Origin: Leucoraja ocellata
Taxonomy: Eukaryota
Assembly: GCA_036785375.1 (NCBI GenBank)
Contig: JAWMAR010000076.1
Coordinates: 7,936,001-8,000,000 of the forward strand
Direction: 5' to 3'
Length of the DNA: 64,000 bases
In this document: piece after piece, positions 1 to 12,760 of the stretch
Position numbering within the stretch: the stretch's first letter is position 1
How the letters are laid out: each line of letters opens with the position of its first letter
Made by a program: the position numbers and the translations under genes
Notes under the pieces: model-generated
Told to the model about the DNA's origin: nothing
Databases searched by the model: none
What the model saw: only the letters and a program-made list of their open reading frames with translations

Positions 1-1112
1 TCCAACTCAGTATCCCGTACCTGCCTTCTCTCCATACCCCCTGATCTCCTTAGCCACAAGGGCCACATCTAACTCCCTCTTAAATATAGCCAATGAACTG
101 GCCTCAACTACCCTCTGTGGCAGAGAGTTCCAGAGATTCACCACTCTCTGCGTGAAAAAAGTTCTTCTCATCTCGGTTTTAAAGAATTTCCCCTTTATCC
201 TTAAGCTGTGACCCCTTGTCCTGGACTTCCCTAACATCGGGAACAATCTTCCTGCATCTAGCCTGTCCAACCCCTTAAGAATTTTGTAAGTTTCTATAAG
301 ATCCCCTCTCAATCTTCTAAATTCTAGACAGTATAAACCAAGTCTATCCAGTCTTTCTTCATAAGACAGTCCTGACATCCCAGTAATCAGTCTGGTGAAC
401 CGTCTCTGCACTCCCTCTATGGCAATAATGTCCTTCCTCAGATTTGGAGACCAAAACTGTATGCAATACTCCAGGTGTGGTCTCACCAAGACCCGGTACA
501 ACTGCAGTAGAACCTCTCTGCTCCTATACTCAAATCCTTTTGCAATGAAAGCTAACATACCATTCGCTTTCTTCACTGCCTGCTGCACCTGCATGCCTAC
601 CTTCAATGACTGGTGTACCATGACACCCAGGTCTCGCTGCATCTCCCCCTTTCCCAATCGGCCACCATTTAGATAATAGTCTGCTTTCCTGTTTTTGCCA
701 CCAAAATGGATAACCTCACATTTATCCACATTATACTGCATCTGTCAAACATTTGCCCACTCACCCAGCCTATCCAAGTCACCCTGCAGTCTCCTAGCAT
801 CCTCCTCACAGCTAACACTGCCCCCCAGCTTAGTGTCATCCGCAAACTTGGAGATATTGCCTTCAATTCCCTCATCCAGATCATTAATATATATTGTAAA
901 TAGCTGGGGTCCCAGTACTGAGCCTTGGGGTACCCCACTAGTCACTGCCTGCCATTGTGAAAAGGATCCATTTACTCCTACTCTTTGCTTCCTGTTTGCC
1001 AGCCAGTTCTCTATCCACATCAATACTGAACCCCCAATGCCTTGTGCTTTAAGTTTGTATACTAATCTCTTATGTGGGACCTTGTCGAAAGCCTTCTGGA
1101 AATCCAGATACA
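1..1112 (-). mobile_element. CR1-clade LINE (HER1-like), 3' RT portion
   Basis: ORFs 745-1113 and 7-741: [42 protein letters not shown]; in-frame stop between them. Confidence 0.95.
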
Positions 1113-1424
1113 CCTCAGAGCTTGTCTCATGCAGCTACAACGGTATCCGTCAATGGACATACATTTAATGTTGTACTTGATTCTGGCAGTTCAGAAAGTT
1201 TTATAAATGAACAACTTGTGTCTTGTCTAAATCTAACTATAATTTCTTCAAATAGAGAAATCTCAATGGCTCTTACAACTCTCAATACACAAATTATTGG
1301 ATCTTGTATTGTAGACTTTATTCTAAACAAAACTAGTTAGAAATCTGTATGTCTTGATATTTTGAAAGATTTGTGTAGCGATATAATTCTAGGTCAGGAT
1401 TTTCAGAAACACGAAAATTTAATG
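1113..1424 (+). mobile_element. Gypsy-type LTR retrotransposon aspartic protease fragment
   Basis: VNGHTFNVVLDSGSSESFI...DIILGQDF (retropepsin DSG and ILGxDF motifs). Confidence 0.8.
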
Positions 1425-2610
1425 ACAACACCGAATGGATGTTGAACCATAAAGTGTTTGCTGATATTACAAAGCGGTATGGAACACCTGATATCGATCT
1501 CTTTGCATCCCGACTGAATCACCAGTTACCAACATATGTTGCTTGGGAACCAGACCTTGAGGCAGCAATGATGGACGCTTTTTCGCTGAATTGGGGAAAA
1601 TTGTTTTTCAATGCCTTTCACCCCTTCTGCCTCATCAGTCGGATCCTACGCAAAATACAAATGGACTCAGCTTCAGGTAATTTGGTAGTACCTGACTGGC
1701 CTACACAGCCATGGTTCCCTGTGGTCCTCGACATGGTCACTGAACCACTCATGACCATTTCCAAAAGACCAGATCTGTTGGCCCATCCTGTTACGGGCGA
1801 AAGTCATCCGTGCCATGACAGGATAAATCTGTTGGCTTGCAGAATTTGAAATGGCCTCTGTTGGATCTGGGATTATCGGACAGGACCATGAAGATGATCA
1901 TGGCGGCCTACTGAGAATTGACCAAGAAGCAGTACCTCTCCAGCATTCGGAAGTGGGAAGCGTACTGCTCGAGGACTGGGGTAGCATACAGATCAGCTAC
2001 AATTACCAACATCCTGGAGTTCCTATCCAGCCTTCACTTCGATGAAGGACTGAGTTACAGCACAATCAACAGTGCTAGGAGTGCTCTGTCAGCTTATCTA
2101 AAAATGTAAGTTCTACAAATATATAATTTAGCCCGAGGGAGCATTATTTTTCTTTGTTTCAAAAAGAAAAATCGTTATTGTTTTTAAAAAATTGATTCAT
2201 GTTTAATTACGATAACATAATTCCTCCCTTGGATGACTTCGGCAGTGAGTGAAGCATGGATTGTTCCATGGCTTGAAATCACAGATCTTTAAAATCTTCA
2301 CATAGTCACTCACGTGACTCCGCAGTAAAATAGTAACATAGTAAACGAGAACTTACTAGTTTGAAGTTTGATCTTTATTTTATGAGGAGTTACGATGAGG
2401 GATTACGTGCCCTCCGCTCCCACCCTCAATTATAAAGGTCAACTGGTATCCTAGTTCTTCTTATCTTACTATTTCTGTGATTCCACATCGCTGCTTTGAA
2501 GAATGGCACGCATGCGTGCTGGCGGGGTCTTCACGTAATTCCTCATCGTAACTCCTCATAAAATAAAGATCAAACTTCAAACTGGTAAGTTCTTGTTTAA
2601 TCTTACTATT
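1425..2610 (+). mobile_element. DIRS retrotransposon 3' half: methyltransferase-like domain, tyrosine recombinase N-terminus, terminal inverted repeats
   Basis: ORF 1439-1849 IDLFASRLNHQLP...DAFSLNW...VVPDWPTQPWFP; 1918-2109 TKKQY...GLSYSTINSARSALS; ~80-bp inverted repeat ~2328-2409 vs ~2532-2610. Confidence 0.88.
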
Positions 2611-2645
2611 CTAGCAAATTTCCTATAAATTATGTCAAGCTATCA

Positions 2646-2950
2646 GTGGCGCAATGGTAGAGTTGCTGCCTTACAATGCCAGGCACCCGGATTCGATCCT
2701 GACTATGGGTACTTGGCTGTACAGAGATTGTCCATTCTCATCATGACCCGCGTGGGTTTTCCCCAGGATTTCCGGTTTCTTCCCACACTCCAAAGACGTT
2801 AAAGTATGTAGGTTGGCTTGGTATAACTGTAAATTGTTCCTGGTGTGCATGGGATAGTGTTAGTGTTAGTGTGCAGGGATTGCTGGTTGGTGAGAACTCA
2901 ATGAGATGAAGTGCCTCTTTTCCGCGCTGTAACTCTAAACTAAACTAAAA
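2646..2950 (+). mobile_element. tRNA-derived V-SINE (HE1-like)
   Basis: A box GTGGCGCAATGG, B box GATTCGATCC, V-domain TTCCCACACTCCAAAGAC, (TAAAC)n tail. Confidence 0.85.
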
Positions 2951-2956
2951 CAGTTG

Positions 2957-3275
2957 TGATGGAAATGAAAAATTGTGATTTACTTAAACTTTATTTAAGT
3001 TTTAATCAACTAATTTCCATAATACACAACTTCAAACTGCCTGGAAATTATCGCTGATTCCGCAGGCCTCGCCAGCCCGATGCCCCACCCATAGGTACAC
3101 ATCATTCTCCCCTCCTATTTATAAGTTGAGACAGTCAGGAGGTTTAGTATGTCTCGTTGACTGTCGCAGCATCAGGAGATAATGGTGTTTCAATAGTTGG
3201 TGGTACATATATTGCTTGGTCATCAACTTCACTCATATCGTTATTTACGTTTTCAATTTTAGAATTTCTTATTGG
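2957..3275 (-). mobile_element. Gypsy 3' end: pol C-terminus, PPT and short LTR
   Basis: Minus strand ...KPPDCLNL* then AGGAGGGGAGAA (PPT, ~3105-3116), then TGATG...AATAAA...CATCA (LTR 2957-3104 with 5-bp terminal inverted repeat). Confidence 0.65.
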
Positions 3276-6200
3276 TGGTTTTAATATCTTGGTAAACAGT
3301 CTTGGGGCTATTGTTAAGCCATTAGGCAACACTGTATACTGCCATAGTTGCCCCATCCAGTTAAACTTTAGGTATCTACGATGATCCTTATGAATGGCTA
3401 CTGAATAGTATGCATCTTTCAAATAGATGCATGCCATGAAGTATCCTTTGGAAATTAATTGTTTAGCAGTAACAAATATTTCCATTTTGAAATGTATATA
3501 CCTGACAAAAGTATTCAGTGTAGTTAAGTCAATGATGATGCGACACCCACCATCTTTCTTGGTTTTTGTAGAAATATTCAATACAAATTCTTAAGAGTCA
3601 CATTCCGTTTTCTCTATGACTCCTTTTGCATGTAAACTCACCAGTTCTGCATGTCCCTCGCATTTTTCCCTTTGTGAGAGTACAAACTCCCTGTGAGGTA
3701 CATGTTGAACTGGTGGCATACTTTTTTGGATGAAATCAATTTTGTATCCCTGAATACTTTGTAGTATATATTTATCAAGTGTGATAGTCCTCCATGCTTC
3801 AAAAAACAAGTGTAACCTTCCCCCTGTTAGTACAGGCCCTACACCTTTTATGTTGTAGAAGGAACCAGACCCACCTACCTCCATGGTTACCGGTAGGGTG
3901 TTAATTTCTTCGGCCTCTGTTTCTTCGCTGGTCGAGGTGCCGGAGTGTGGGGTTGGCACATCTTCCATGAGGGCCGCTCTGGGCCCTGGCCTAAAAAAGA
4001 CCTCCGGGGATGATGTGCGGCCCCCATGCTTTCGCCAGCACCCAGGTGTTGACGCCTGCTGGTGGATGCATAGGGGTGCTGCTGCCTGGGTTATGTGGCT
4101 TTACTCATTCCTGGACCTGCACTCATGAGTCCAAGGGCTTTCGACTCTTCGTCCAGATCTTTGACTTTTTTCGCCAAGTCCTTCCCAAACAGCAGTATTT
4201 GTGGTTGTGCAGTTGCAGTTTTGCACAACCCTGCAAATTTGGGATTGAGGGCAGGTCTGATGACATCCTTCAGTAGGCAGTTTATCTCATACTGTGTGTT
4301 GCACAGTAGAGCCAGTGTGTCCTGCTAGTTATCGGTCATTTCAACCCCATCAACCGAACGAGCATAGGACATTATTGCTGGTGTTAGGAGCTTTAAGATT
4401 TTCTGGAGCTTCACCTCCTGGGTCCTTATCACCAGCCTAATGTACCCCCAGATTTGGCAGTTAACGGCCGGTACATTTAGTGAGATGCAGTTCTCCGGAG
4501 GTGTATATCTGTCCACAATCTCATTGACTACCTGTTCCTGCAGTGGGTGGAAGGACAGGTAGTCTACAATGGCCACCAGTTTCGACTGCAACGCCTTTTT
4601 GGAGCAGACCTTTGGAAAAGGGAACCTCCGTGCGGCTTGGCAGGGCCTCAAGAACATGGCAGCAGTGAACTCTGTCTCTACCAGCCGCAAGCCCATTCAG
4701 GTAGCAGGAAGCAGCTTCACTTCACTCCCGAATGATCTCAACTCCTTCTACACCAGATTTGAAAAGGACAATAGCACCCAGCTAGAATCAATCGTCTCCA
4801 CACTCAGACCTGATGACTCCGGCCTCAACATCAACACATCAAAAGGACTAAAAAGAACACAGCTCCAGGGCCAGACAACATCTGCGGGCGGACCCTATGG
4901 CACTGTGCTGAGCAGCTGGGAGGTGTGTTCCAGCATCTGTTCCAAGGCTCTTTGACCAGCAGCACAGTCCCCGCGATGTGGAAAAACTCAACAGTGATTC
5001 CCATCCCAAAGAAGGGCACCACCAAGGTCCTGAATGACCTTAGACCAGTGGCTCTCACCTCCCTGATCATGAAGGCCATGGAGAGGATCATCAAGGAGCA
5101 CATCACCAAGGCAACTGGCTCGATGATGGATCCACTGCAGTTTGCTTACCAGGCTGGCAGGGGTGTCGATGACGCAAAAATATTCATCTTAAACACCATC
5201 CATAAGCATCTGGAAATCCCCAAGGCCACAGCCAGACTTCTGTTTGTAGACTTCTCATCAGCATTCAACACCATGCAGCCACATATTTTGGCTGAGAAGC
5301 TCATCACCCGCTTCCACCTCAACCACCAACTCACTCTGTGGATTATAGACTTCCTCACCAACAGATCACAGAGGGTGTTGGTGAACCACACCTTGTCCGA
5401 CACCCTCTTCACCTTCACTGGCTCTCCACAAGGCTGTGTCCTCTCCCCACTTCTCTTCATTCTCTACACTGATGACTGCAGATCCACCCAGCCAAACTGC
5501 CGCTTTGTAAAATTTGCTGATGACACAGTTCTCCTGTCTCTTCTTCCCAGCCACACACAACATCACAGCTCAGCCCTGCAGGACTTTATAGTATGGTGCG
5601 AAAAGTCTTGTCTTGAGCTAAATATAAGCAAAACCAAGGACATGATTGTGACTTTTTCCCCCCAACAGAGACAGATGGCTGAGGCAGCTACCACTATCAT
5701 CCAGCAGGAGCCAGTGGAGATAGTGGAGGTATACAAATACCTGGGAACAGCCTTCGACAACCTGCTAAGGTTTTCCTCTAACATAGAGGAAATCCTTAAA
5801 AAATGCCATCAGAGACAGTACCTACTCAGGAAGCTGAAGTCATTTGGGATTAACAAAGACATTCTCACCACATTCTACTACGCATTCATTGAAAATGTAA
5901 TAACCTTCTCTTTCACTAGCTGGTTCCACTCCATCACCCTGCAAAACAGAAACCGCCTGTTGAATGTGGTCAAGGTCTGCTCAAAAATCATTGAGCAGCC
6001 CGTCCGAACTCTCACTGCCCTATGCGACCAACAGTCTGTAAAGTTAACATGCAGGATTCTTCAGGACCCCTCTCACATCCTGTTTCCTGAGTTTGAGTGG
6101 CTCCCATCAGGATGCAGGCTCCGCTGTCCGGGTTGCCGGACACAGAGGAGGAAGGCAACCTTCATCCCCAGGGCTGTCCAGCTTTTTAATGCTGATCACT

Positions 6201-7241
6201 GACTCATGAATATATTAAATGAAATAACCTTCTATATGCACTTTTTAATTGAAGCACTTAGGAAGCACTTTAAAAACTATTACTATGTGTTGAATGTTGA
6301 TGTGCGGTGTGTGTTGTGTGATTGTGCAGTGTGTCTGTGAAATGCGTGTGCTGGTTGATTGTGCAGTATGCGTGCTGCTTATGTTTGTTGATTGTGTCCC
6401 TTTTTAAAAAGCTACTGTAATGCGCCCTTTTAAATTGCCCCTCGGGGACGAATAAAGTGTTTGGAATTGAATTGAATTGAATTGTCCGGCGCGTGGTGAT
6501 ACCGCAAACCGGTTGACCACTCCCAGCAGCTCTTCCTGGTCCTGCACCCCCAGCACACTGCTGGTGTCTTCAGCCACGAGCCCCTCTTCCAGGTCAGCCC
6601 AGCCCAGGTCAGCCCAGCTCTGTCGAGGGAGATGCGATGGACAGCGCCAAATACGGTGCTGTTGTGGGTGTGCGAGCACTCCCATGGCGAGCTTGCTCCA
6701 TCTACCGGAGCAAGTCTCGCTGGAACATCTGCTCCATCAACTGCTCCATGCAGGATAAATGGTCACTTTTGCAGCTCTCGGGCAGCGCGTCTTCCTGACC
6801 AGACTCGTCCGAGTCTATCGGCCGGAGCGACTTCTGCTTTGCCTTGCCTCCAACCCGCTGCGGTAGTTCGAGCTGAGCAGCTTGCGCAGTTGGGCTTGGC
6901 TGAGCAGAGATTGAGTCAGTGACTGTGGACCGCCGCGAGCACGGTCCACGTGCCGCCGGTCGCCCCCCACTGCTGGAACCCTCCTGGGCCATCACAGTCA
7001 TACGGGGCGCGACCTTCTTTAGTTTTCTTCCTTTGTCCATGTTCGCTGAAACACAGAACACAGCAAGGGTTGGAAATAACGACCTCAGAATAAGCTTAAC
7101 TTACCTGTAGGTCCCGTTTTAAACTCTGTTGCGGGAGAGCTCTTTCCCCCGCCCGTCGCTGTTGCACTGCGTGAGACGCTATGTCGCACATGAATGCTGG
7201 CGGGGTCTTCACGTAGTCACTCACGAGACTCCGAAGTAAAA
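3276..7241 (-). mobile_element. DIRS retrotransposon 5' half (terminus, gag, RT), interrupted by a LINE
   Basis: RT KKDGGCRIIIDL...LKDAYYSV...LPNGLTIAPRLFTKILKP; GGRLHLFFEAW; gag PENCISLNVPAVN; terminal motif CTTCACGTAGTCACTCACGAGACTCCGAAGTAAAAT resembles ~2296-2331. Confidence 0.85.
4593..6484 (+). mobile_element. Rex1/Babar-clade LINE, 5'-truncated, nested in DIRS gag
   Basis: 425-aa ORF LNDLRPVALTS, DPLQFAY, FVDFSSAFNT, GSPQGCVLSPLLF, KFADD; AATAAA + (TTGAA)n tail. Confidence 0.92.
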
Positions 7242-9267
7242 TCTATGATAAACACGTCACTGAAAGCTAATATGCAGATGCACATGCAATGAAGTGTACA
7301 AATCACATGTTGCGCTAAGGTTTGGTCGAAGAGCAAAGTATAGTCATGTCTTATTTATAAGGCCTTGGTCAGACCACACAAGACGTACTGGGCACAAAAA
7401 TGAAACATTATTGCTTTAAGCTGAGTGCAGTGAAGATTTGTTAGATAGCTACTAGAACAATAGGTCTGTCATATGAGGCGATAGTGAGTAACTGCAGCCT
7501 AATGTTTAAAGTTAAAAAGATTGAGTAGTCTTCACTATATAAATTGGTTACAGGACTTGTCAAGGTCAATGTGGACAAGATGTTTCCCTGCTAGGAATTT
7601 AGATTCATGGGAGCAGTTACAGTTTTTTAAATTGAGATCAAGGTCATTTAGAAGTGAACTAAGGATAAATGTATCCACTCAGAAGCTGGTGAACCTTTGG
7701 AGTTCTTAACCCCAGAGTGTGAGGGCTCTATCATTCATTGTACTCAAAAAAGAATAGTGAGATGAGTGGATATTGGAAGAATCAGAAGATATGGAAATGG
7801 TACAGAAAGTGTATTGAGGTAAGAGTTTTGATTCAATTTAGTTTAGAGATAAGGCATGGAAACAGGTCCTTCACACAACTGAGTTCATTCCAGCATTCAA
7901 AGCTTCAAGTTCCTAGGAATAAATATCGTGAACAATTTGTCCTGGACCAGCCATGTCGAAATTATTGCGAAAAAGCACTGATACTTCAAAAAGCACACCA
8001 CACTTCTATTTTCCTAGAAGGCTTAGGAAGTTTGACATATCCCCAACTACTGTCACCAACTTTTACAGATGCATTTAATTGCGATGCTTCACAGCCTGGG
8101 TTTGAGAACAGTTCCATCCAAGACCGCAAGAAATTGCAGAGAGCTGAAAAGGAGGTAAAGTGGATGTGTTGCCGAGTATGGCCGAGCTGAATTTCTCATG
8201 TTTCCTGACCACATTCAGGCACATTCGGCAACACATTCTCTTTACCTTGTTGCATTGTTTATGTATTGAACAAATGTCAGACCCATTGCATTGTTAAATA
8301 CATTTCAATATATGTTAATTTGCAAATTGACATTTTCCTGTGGCACCCAGTAAGTATGAACTGTGACTGTTAATTCAATCATTACATTAATAAGGAGTAA
8401 AAGTACTATTGTTGATGAATTGCAGGAAGCCATGAAAGACTCTGCAAAAGGACGTACTCAGTCAAGTTGGCGAGAATGTGGCAGTCAGAGTATAATGTGG
8501 GAAAGTGCAAGGTAATTCACTTGTTTGGAAGAATAGCATAGTGGGTGTGTCTACTTGCAGGTGAGTCCACATCTGCATAGTGGGAAGCATTCAATGGAAA
8601 AACAATCAGAGTTCAAGACCAACATATTCCTAGAAGGGTAAATGCTAAGAGTATTAAGTACAGGGAACTGTCGATGGTTATTGAGGGTTGAATAAAGAGA
8701 AAAAGTGAAACGTGACTGGTATGGGGAACAAATGACCTGGAGGATTGTTAAGTATCAGAGGATTGGAGAGAGCTTAAAAAAATTAGGAAGGCTGTATGGG
8801 CCATTAAATTCTCTGGCAGATAGGATTAAGTTACACTTGAAGACATACATAAGGGCAAAAGAATAACTACGGAAAACGTAGCACCCATTAGGAACAACAT
8901 GGACAACATGGAGGCAGTAGTAGAGATGATACCCTAAATGTTTCTTTTCATTGGTATTTAAACAGGAAACAGCTTTATGGTTGGAAAGTTCAATGAAGGG
9001 GAGATGAACTCTCTTGTAAACATTTAGTTTAAAAATCATTTAGACAGGTATATGACAAGACTAGTTTAGACGGATATGGGCTAAATACAGGCAGGTGGTA
9101 CTGGTGTAGATGGAACATATTGGCCGCTGTGCAAGTTGGGCCAAACGGCCTGTTTCCATGCCATGAGAAGATACTGGAACTAATTCATGACAATAATTAA
9201 GGAGGGTTCTGTGCTGGTGTTTACCACTCACTTAGCTCTCGTGCGTTTACAGAAAAGATTGAATGCC

Positions 9268-10245
9268 TGACAATAGACAATAGGCAATAGGTGCAGGAGT
9301 ATGTCATTCAGCCCTTCTAGCTAGCACCGCCATTCAACGTGATCATGGCTTATCATCCCCAATCAGTACCCCGTTCCTGCCTTCTCCCCATATCACCTGA
9401 CTCCACTATTTTTAAAAGCCGTATCTAGTTCTCTCCTGAAAGTATCCAGAGGAACGGCCTCCACCCCACTCTGAGACAGATAATTCCACAGACTCGCAGC
9501 TCTCTGTGAGAAAAAGTGTTTCCTCGTCTCCGTTCTAAATGGCTTACCCCTTATTCTTAAACTGTGGCCCCTGCTCCTGGATACCCTCAACGTCGGGAAC
9601 ATGTTTCCTGCCTCTAGAGTGTCCAAACCCTTAACAATCTTATATGTTTCAATAAGATCCCTCTCATCCTTCTAAACTCTTGAGTATACAAGCCCAGCAG
9701 CTCTATTCTCTCAGCATATGACAGTCCCGCCATCCCGGGTATTAAACTTGTAAACCTACGCTGCACTCCCTCAATAGCAAGACCCTCAAATTAGTGGACC
9801 AAAACTGCACACAATACGTCAGGTGTGGTCTCACTAGGGCCATGTACAACTGCAGAAGGACCTCTTTGCGCCTATACTCGACTCCTCTTGTTATAAAGGC
9901 CAACATTCCATTCGCTGTCTTCACTGCCTGCTGTACCTGCATGATTACTTTCATAGACTGATGAACAAGGACCCCCAGACCCTGTTGTACTTCCCCTTTT
10001 CCCAACTTGACACCATTTAGATAGTAATCTGCCTTCTTTTTTTTGATACCAAAGTGGATAACCTCACATTTATCCACATTAAACTTCATCTGCCATGCAT
10101 CTGCCCACCCCCCCCCCAACCTGTCCAAGTCACCCTGCATTCTCATAGCATCCTCCTCACAGTTCACACTGCCACCCAACTTTGTGACATCTGCAAATTT
10201 GCTAATGTAACTTTGAATCACTTCATCCAAATTATTCATGTATAT
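9268..10245 (-). mobile_element. CR1 LINE 3' fragment
   Basis: RT C-terminal ORFs 9742-10239 and 9393-9626; (CAATAGA)n-type tail. Confidence 0.9.
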
Positions 10246-10587
10246 TGCAAAGAAGAGTCTTTATATCATCTATATATATATATGGCACGGTAGAGGCTGC
10301 ACTTGGAATACTGTGGTCAGTTTTGGTCACCCTCCTCTGTGAAAGATGTGATTCAGCTGGAAACAGTGCTGAAAAGATTACTGAGCATGTTGTCAGGACT
10401 CGAGGGATAGAGTTATCGGGAGAGGATGGGACTTTATTCCTTGGAGTTCAGGAAGCTCAGGAGTGATCTTATAAACTTGTCAAAATCATGAGGGCGTAAA
10501 AAGTGTGAAAGCTATTCTAAGGGGTTGGGAATCAAGAAATAGAGCGTAGTTTTACGGTACGGGTACAGTACAATATCAAGTACTTAC

Positions 10588-10670
10588 TGGTTACATTCAG
10601 CAGGGTTCCATCTCGAAATATTTCCATACATTGTATGAATCCTTTCTTAGTGAACTAATGATGTCTGTCT
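10588..10670 (-). pseudogene. Vestigial second VJ exon or orphan J-like segment
   Basis: Ends ...EIFRDGTLLNVT A|gtaagt; the last 34 nt match the VJ exon end at 30/34. Upstream acceptor caattttatag|; 83 nt, out of frame. Confidence 0.65.
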
Positions 10671-10685
10671 CTATAAAATTGACAA

Positions 10686-12324
10686 CATAGAAACATAGAA
10701 AATAGGTGCAGGAGTAGGCCATTCGGTCCTTCGAGCCTGCACCGCCATTCAATATGATCATGGCTGATCATCCAACTCAGTATCCTGTTCCTGCCTTCTC
10801 TCCATACCCCCTGATCCCTTTAGCCACAAGGGCCACATCTAACTCCCTCTTAAATATAGCCAATGAACTGGCCTCAACTACCTTCTGCGGCAGAGAATTC
10901 CAGAGATTCACCACTCTCTGTGTGAAAAAAGTTTTCCTCATCACGGTCCTAAAAGATTTCCCCCTTATCCTCAAGCTGTGACCCCTTGTTCTGGACTTCC
11001 CCAACATCGGGAACAATCTTCCTGCATCTAGCCTGTCCCGCCCCTTAAGAATTTTGTAAGTTTCTATATGATCCCCCCTCAATCTTCTAAATTCTAGTGA
11101 GTACAAACCGAGTCTATCCAGTCTTTCTTCATATGAAAGTCCTGACATCCCAGGAATCAGTCTGGTGAACCTTCTCTGTACTCCCTCTATGGCAAGAATG
11201 TCTTTCCTCAGATTAGGAGACCAAAACTGTACGCAATACTCCAGGTGTGGTCTCACTAAGACTCTGTACAACTGCAGTAGAACCTCCCTGCTCCTATACT
11301 GAAATACTTTTGCTATGAATGCTAGCATACAAATCGCCTTCTTCACTGCCTGCTGCACCTGCATGCCTACTTTTAATGACTGTTGTACCATGACACCCAG
11401 GTCTCGTTGCATCTCCCTCTTTCCTAATCGGCCACCATTCAGATAATAATCTACTTTCCTATTTTTGCCACCAAAGTGGATAACCTCACATTTATCCACA
11501 TTATACTGCATCTGCCATGCATTTTCCCACTCAACCCAGCCTATCCAAGTCACTTTGCAGCCTCCTAGCATCCTCCTCACACTGCCTAACACTGCCCCCA
11601 GCTTCGTGTCATCCGCAAACTTGGAGATGCTGCATTCAATTCCCTCGTTCAAATCATTAATATATGTCGTAAATAGCTGGGGTCCCAGAACTGAGCCTTG
11701 CGGTACCCCACTAGTCACTGCCTGCCTTTTGTGAAAAGGACTCCTCTCTTGCTTCCTGTCTGCCAACCAGTTCTCTATCCACATCAATACTGAACCCCCA
11801 ATACTGTGTGTTTTAAGTTTGTATACTAATCTCTTATGTGGGACCTTGTCGAATGCCTTCTGAAAGTCCAGATATAACACATCCACTGGTTCTCCCTTAT
11901 CCACTCTACTAGTTACATCCTCGAAAAATTCTATAAGATTCGTCAGACATGATTTACCTTTCATAAATCCATGCTGACTTTGTCCAATTGATTTCACCAC
12001 TTTCCAAATGTGCTGCTATCCATCTTTAATAACTGATTCTAGCAGTTTCCCCACTACCGATGTAAGACTAACTGGTCTGTAATTCCCCATTTTCTCTCTC
12101 CCTCCCTTTTTAAAAAGTGGAGTTACATTAGCTACCCTCCAATCCACAGGAACTACTCCGGAATCTAAAGAGTTTTGAAAAATTATCCATATTGCATCCA
12201 CTATATCTGGGACTACTTCCTTAAGTACACTGGGATGCAGCCTATCTGGCCCTGGGGATTTATCAGCCTTTAATCCATTCAATTTACCTAACACCACTTC
12301 CCGGCTAACCTGGATTTCACTCAG
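10686..12324 (-). mobile_element. CR1 LINE (HER1-like) inserted between the VJ exon and the vestigial exon
   Basis: 407-aa RT ORF 10777-12000 plus [15 protein letters not shown] in 12016-12297; (CATAGAAA)n tail. Confidence 0.95.
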
Positions 12325-12409
12325 GTGACATCATAACATCATGATTCCTCGTGATGTTAGGATTGGAAATAGAACCAATTTAAATACTGTTTAAATACTA
12401 AATACTCAC

Positions 12410-12760
12410 TGGTTACATTCAGCTTGGTTCCATTTCCAAATATAATCCCCCAAATGCCACAGATGTAATCAGCAGAGTCGGCAATCACCACCTTTGTAAT
12501 GTTCAGTGAGTAGCTGTTACTGGTGATGTTCCTGGAAAGCTGAAATCGCTCGGAGAAGCCTTGTGACCTGTAAATGTGGCCACTGTCAGAAAGACTAAGT
12601 TTGATTTCTCCATTACGTGAGTTGTACCAGTGAACTCCGAATTTGTTCACAATGTAATTCACATTGGTGCTGTTCAGGACACACCGTATTTCCACTCTTT
12701 CACCTTCACGCACCACCAGAGCTCCTGGGGATTGGATCAGGAATGTGTTTGCCTTTAGAC
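12410..12760 (-). CDS. Germline-joined VJ-type Ig variable domain exon of a non-rearranging antigen-receptor-like gene (gene 1)
   Basis: Acceptor ...ttattaaaacccacag| at 12761 and donor A|gtgagt at 12409; 351 nt, phase 1-1. Translation (G)LKANTFLIQSPGALVVREGERVEIRC...GVHWY...GFSERF...YSLNI...DSADYIC-GIWGII-FGNGTKLNVT has the B-strand Cys, C-strand Trp, DxxxYxC and J motif FGxGTxL in one exon, with no RSS. Confidence 0.93.

Noticed and set aside
2646-2710. tRNA gene
   Set aside because: A and B boxes run into a V-SINE body and LINE-like tail; no full cloverleaf.
1-10587. C1 or transmembrane exons of gene 1
   Set aside because: Region is almost entirely TE-derived; no C1 motifs recognised.
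10627-10680. Functional RSS before the J-like segment
   Set aside because: The heptamer lacks the terminal GTG and no GGTTTTTGT-like nonamer is present at 12 or 23 nt.
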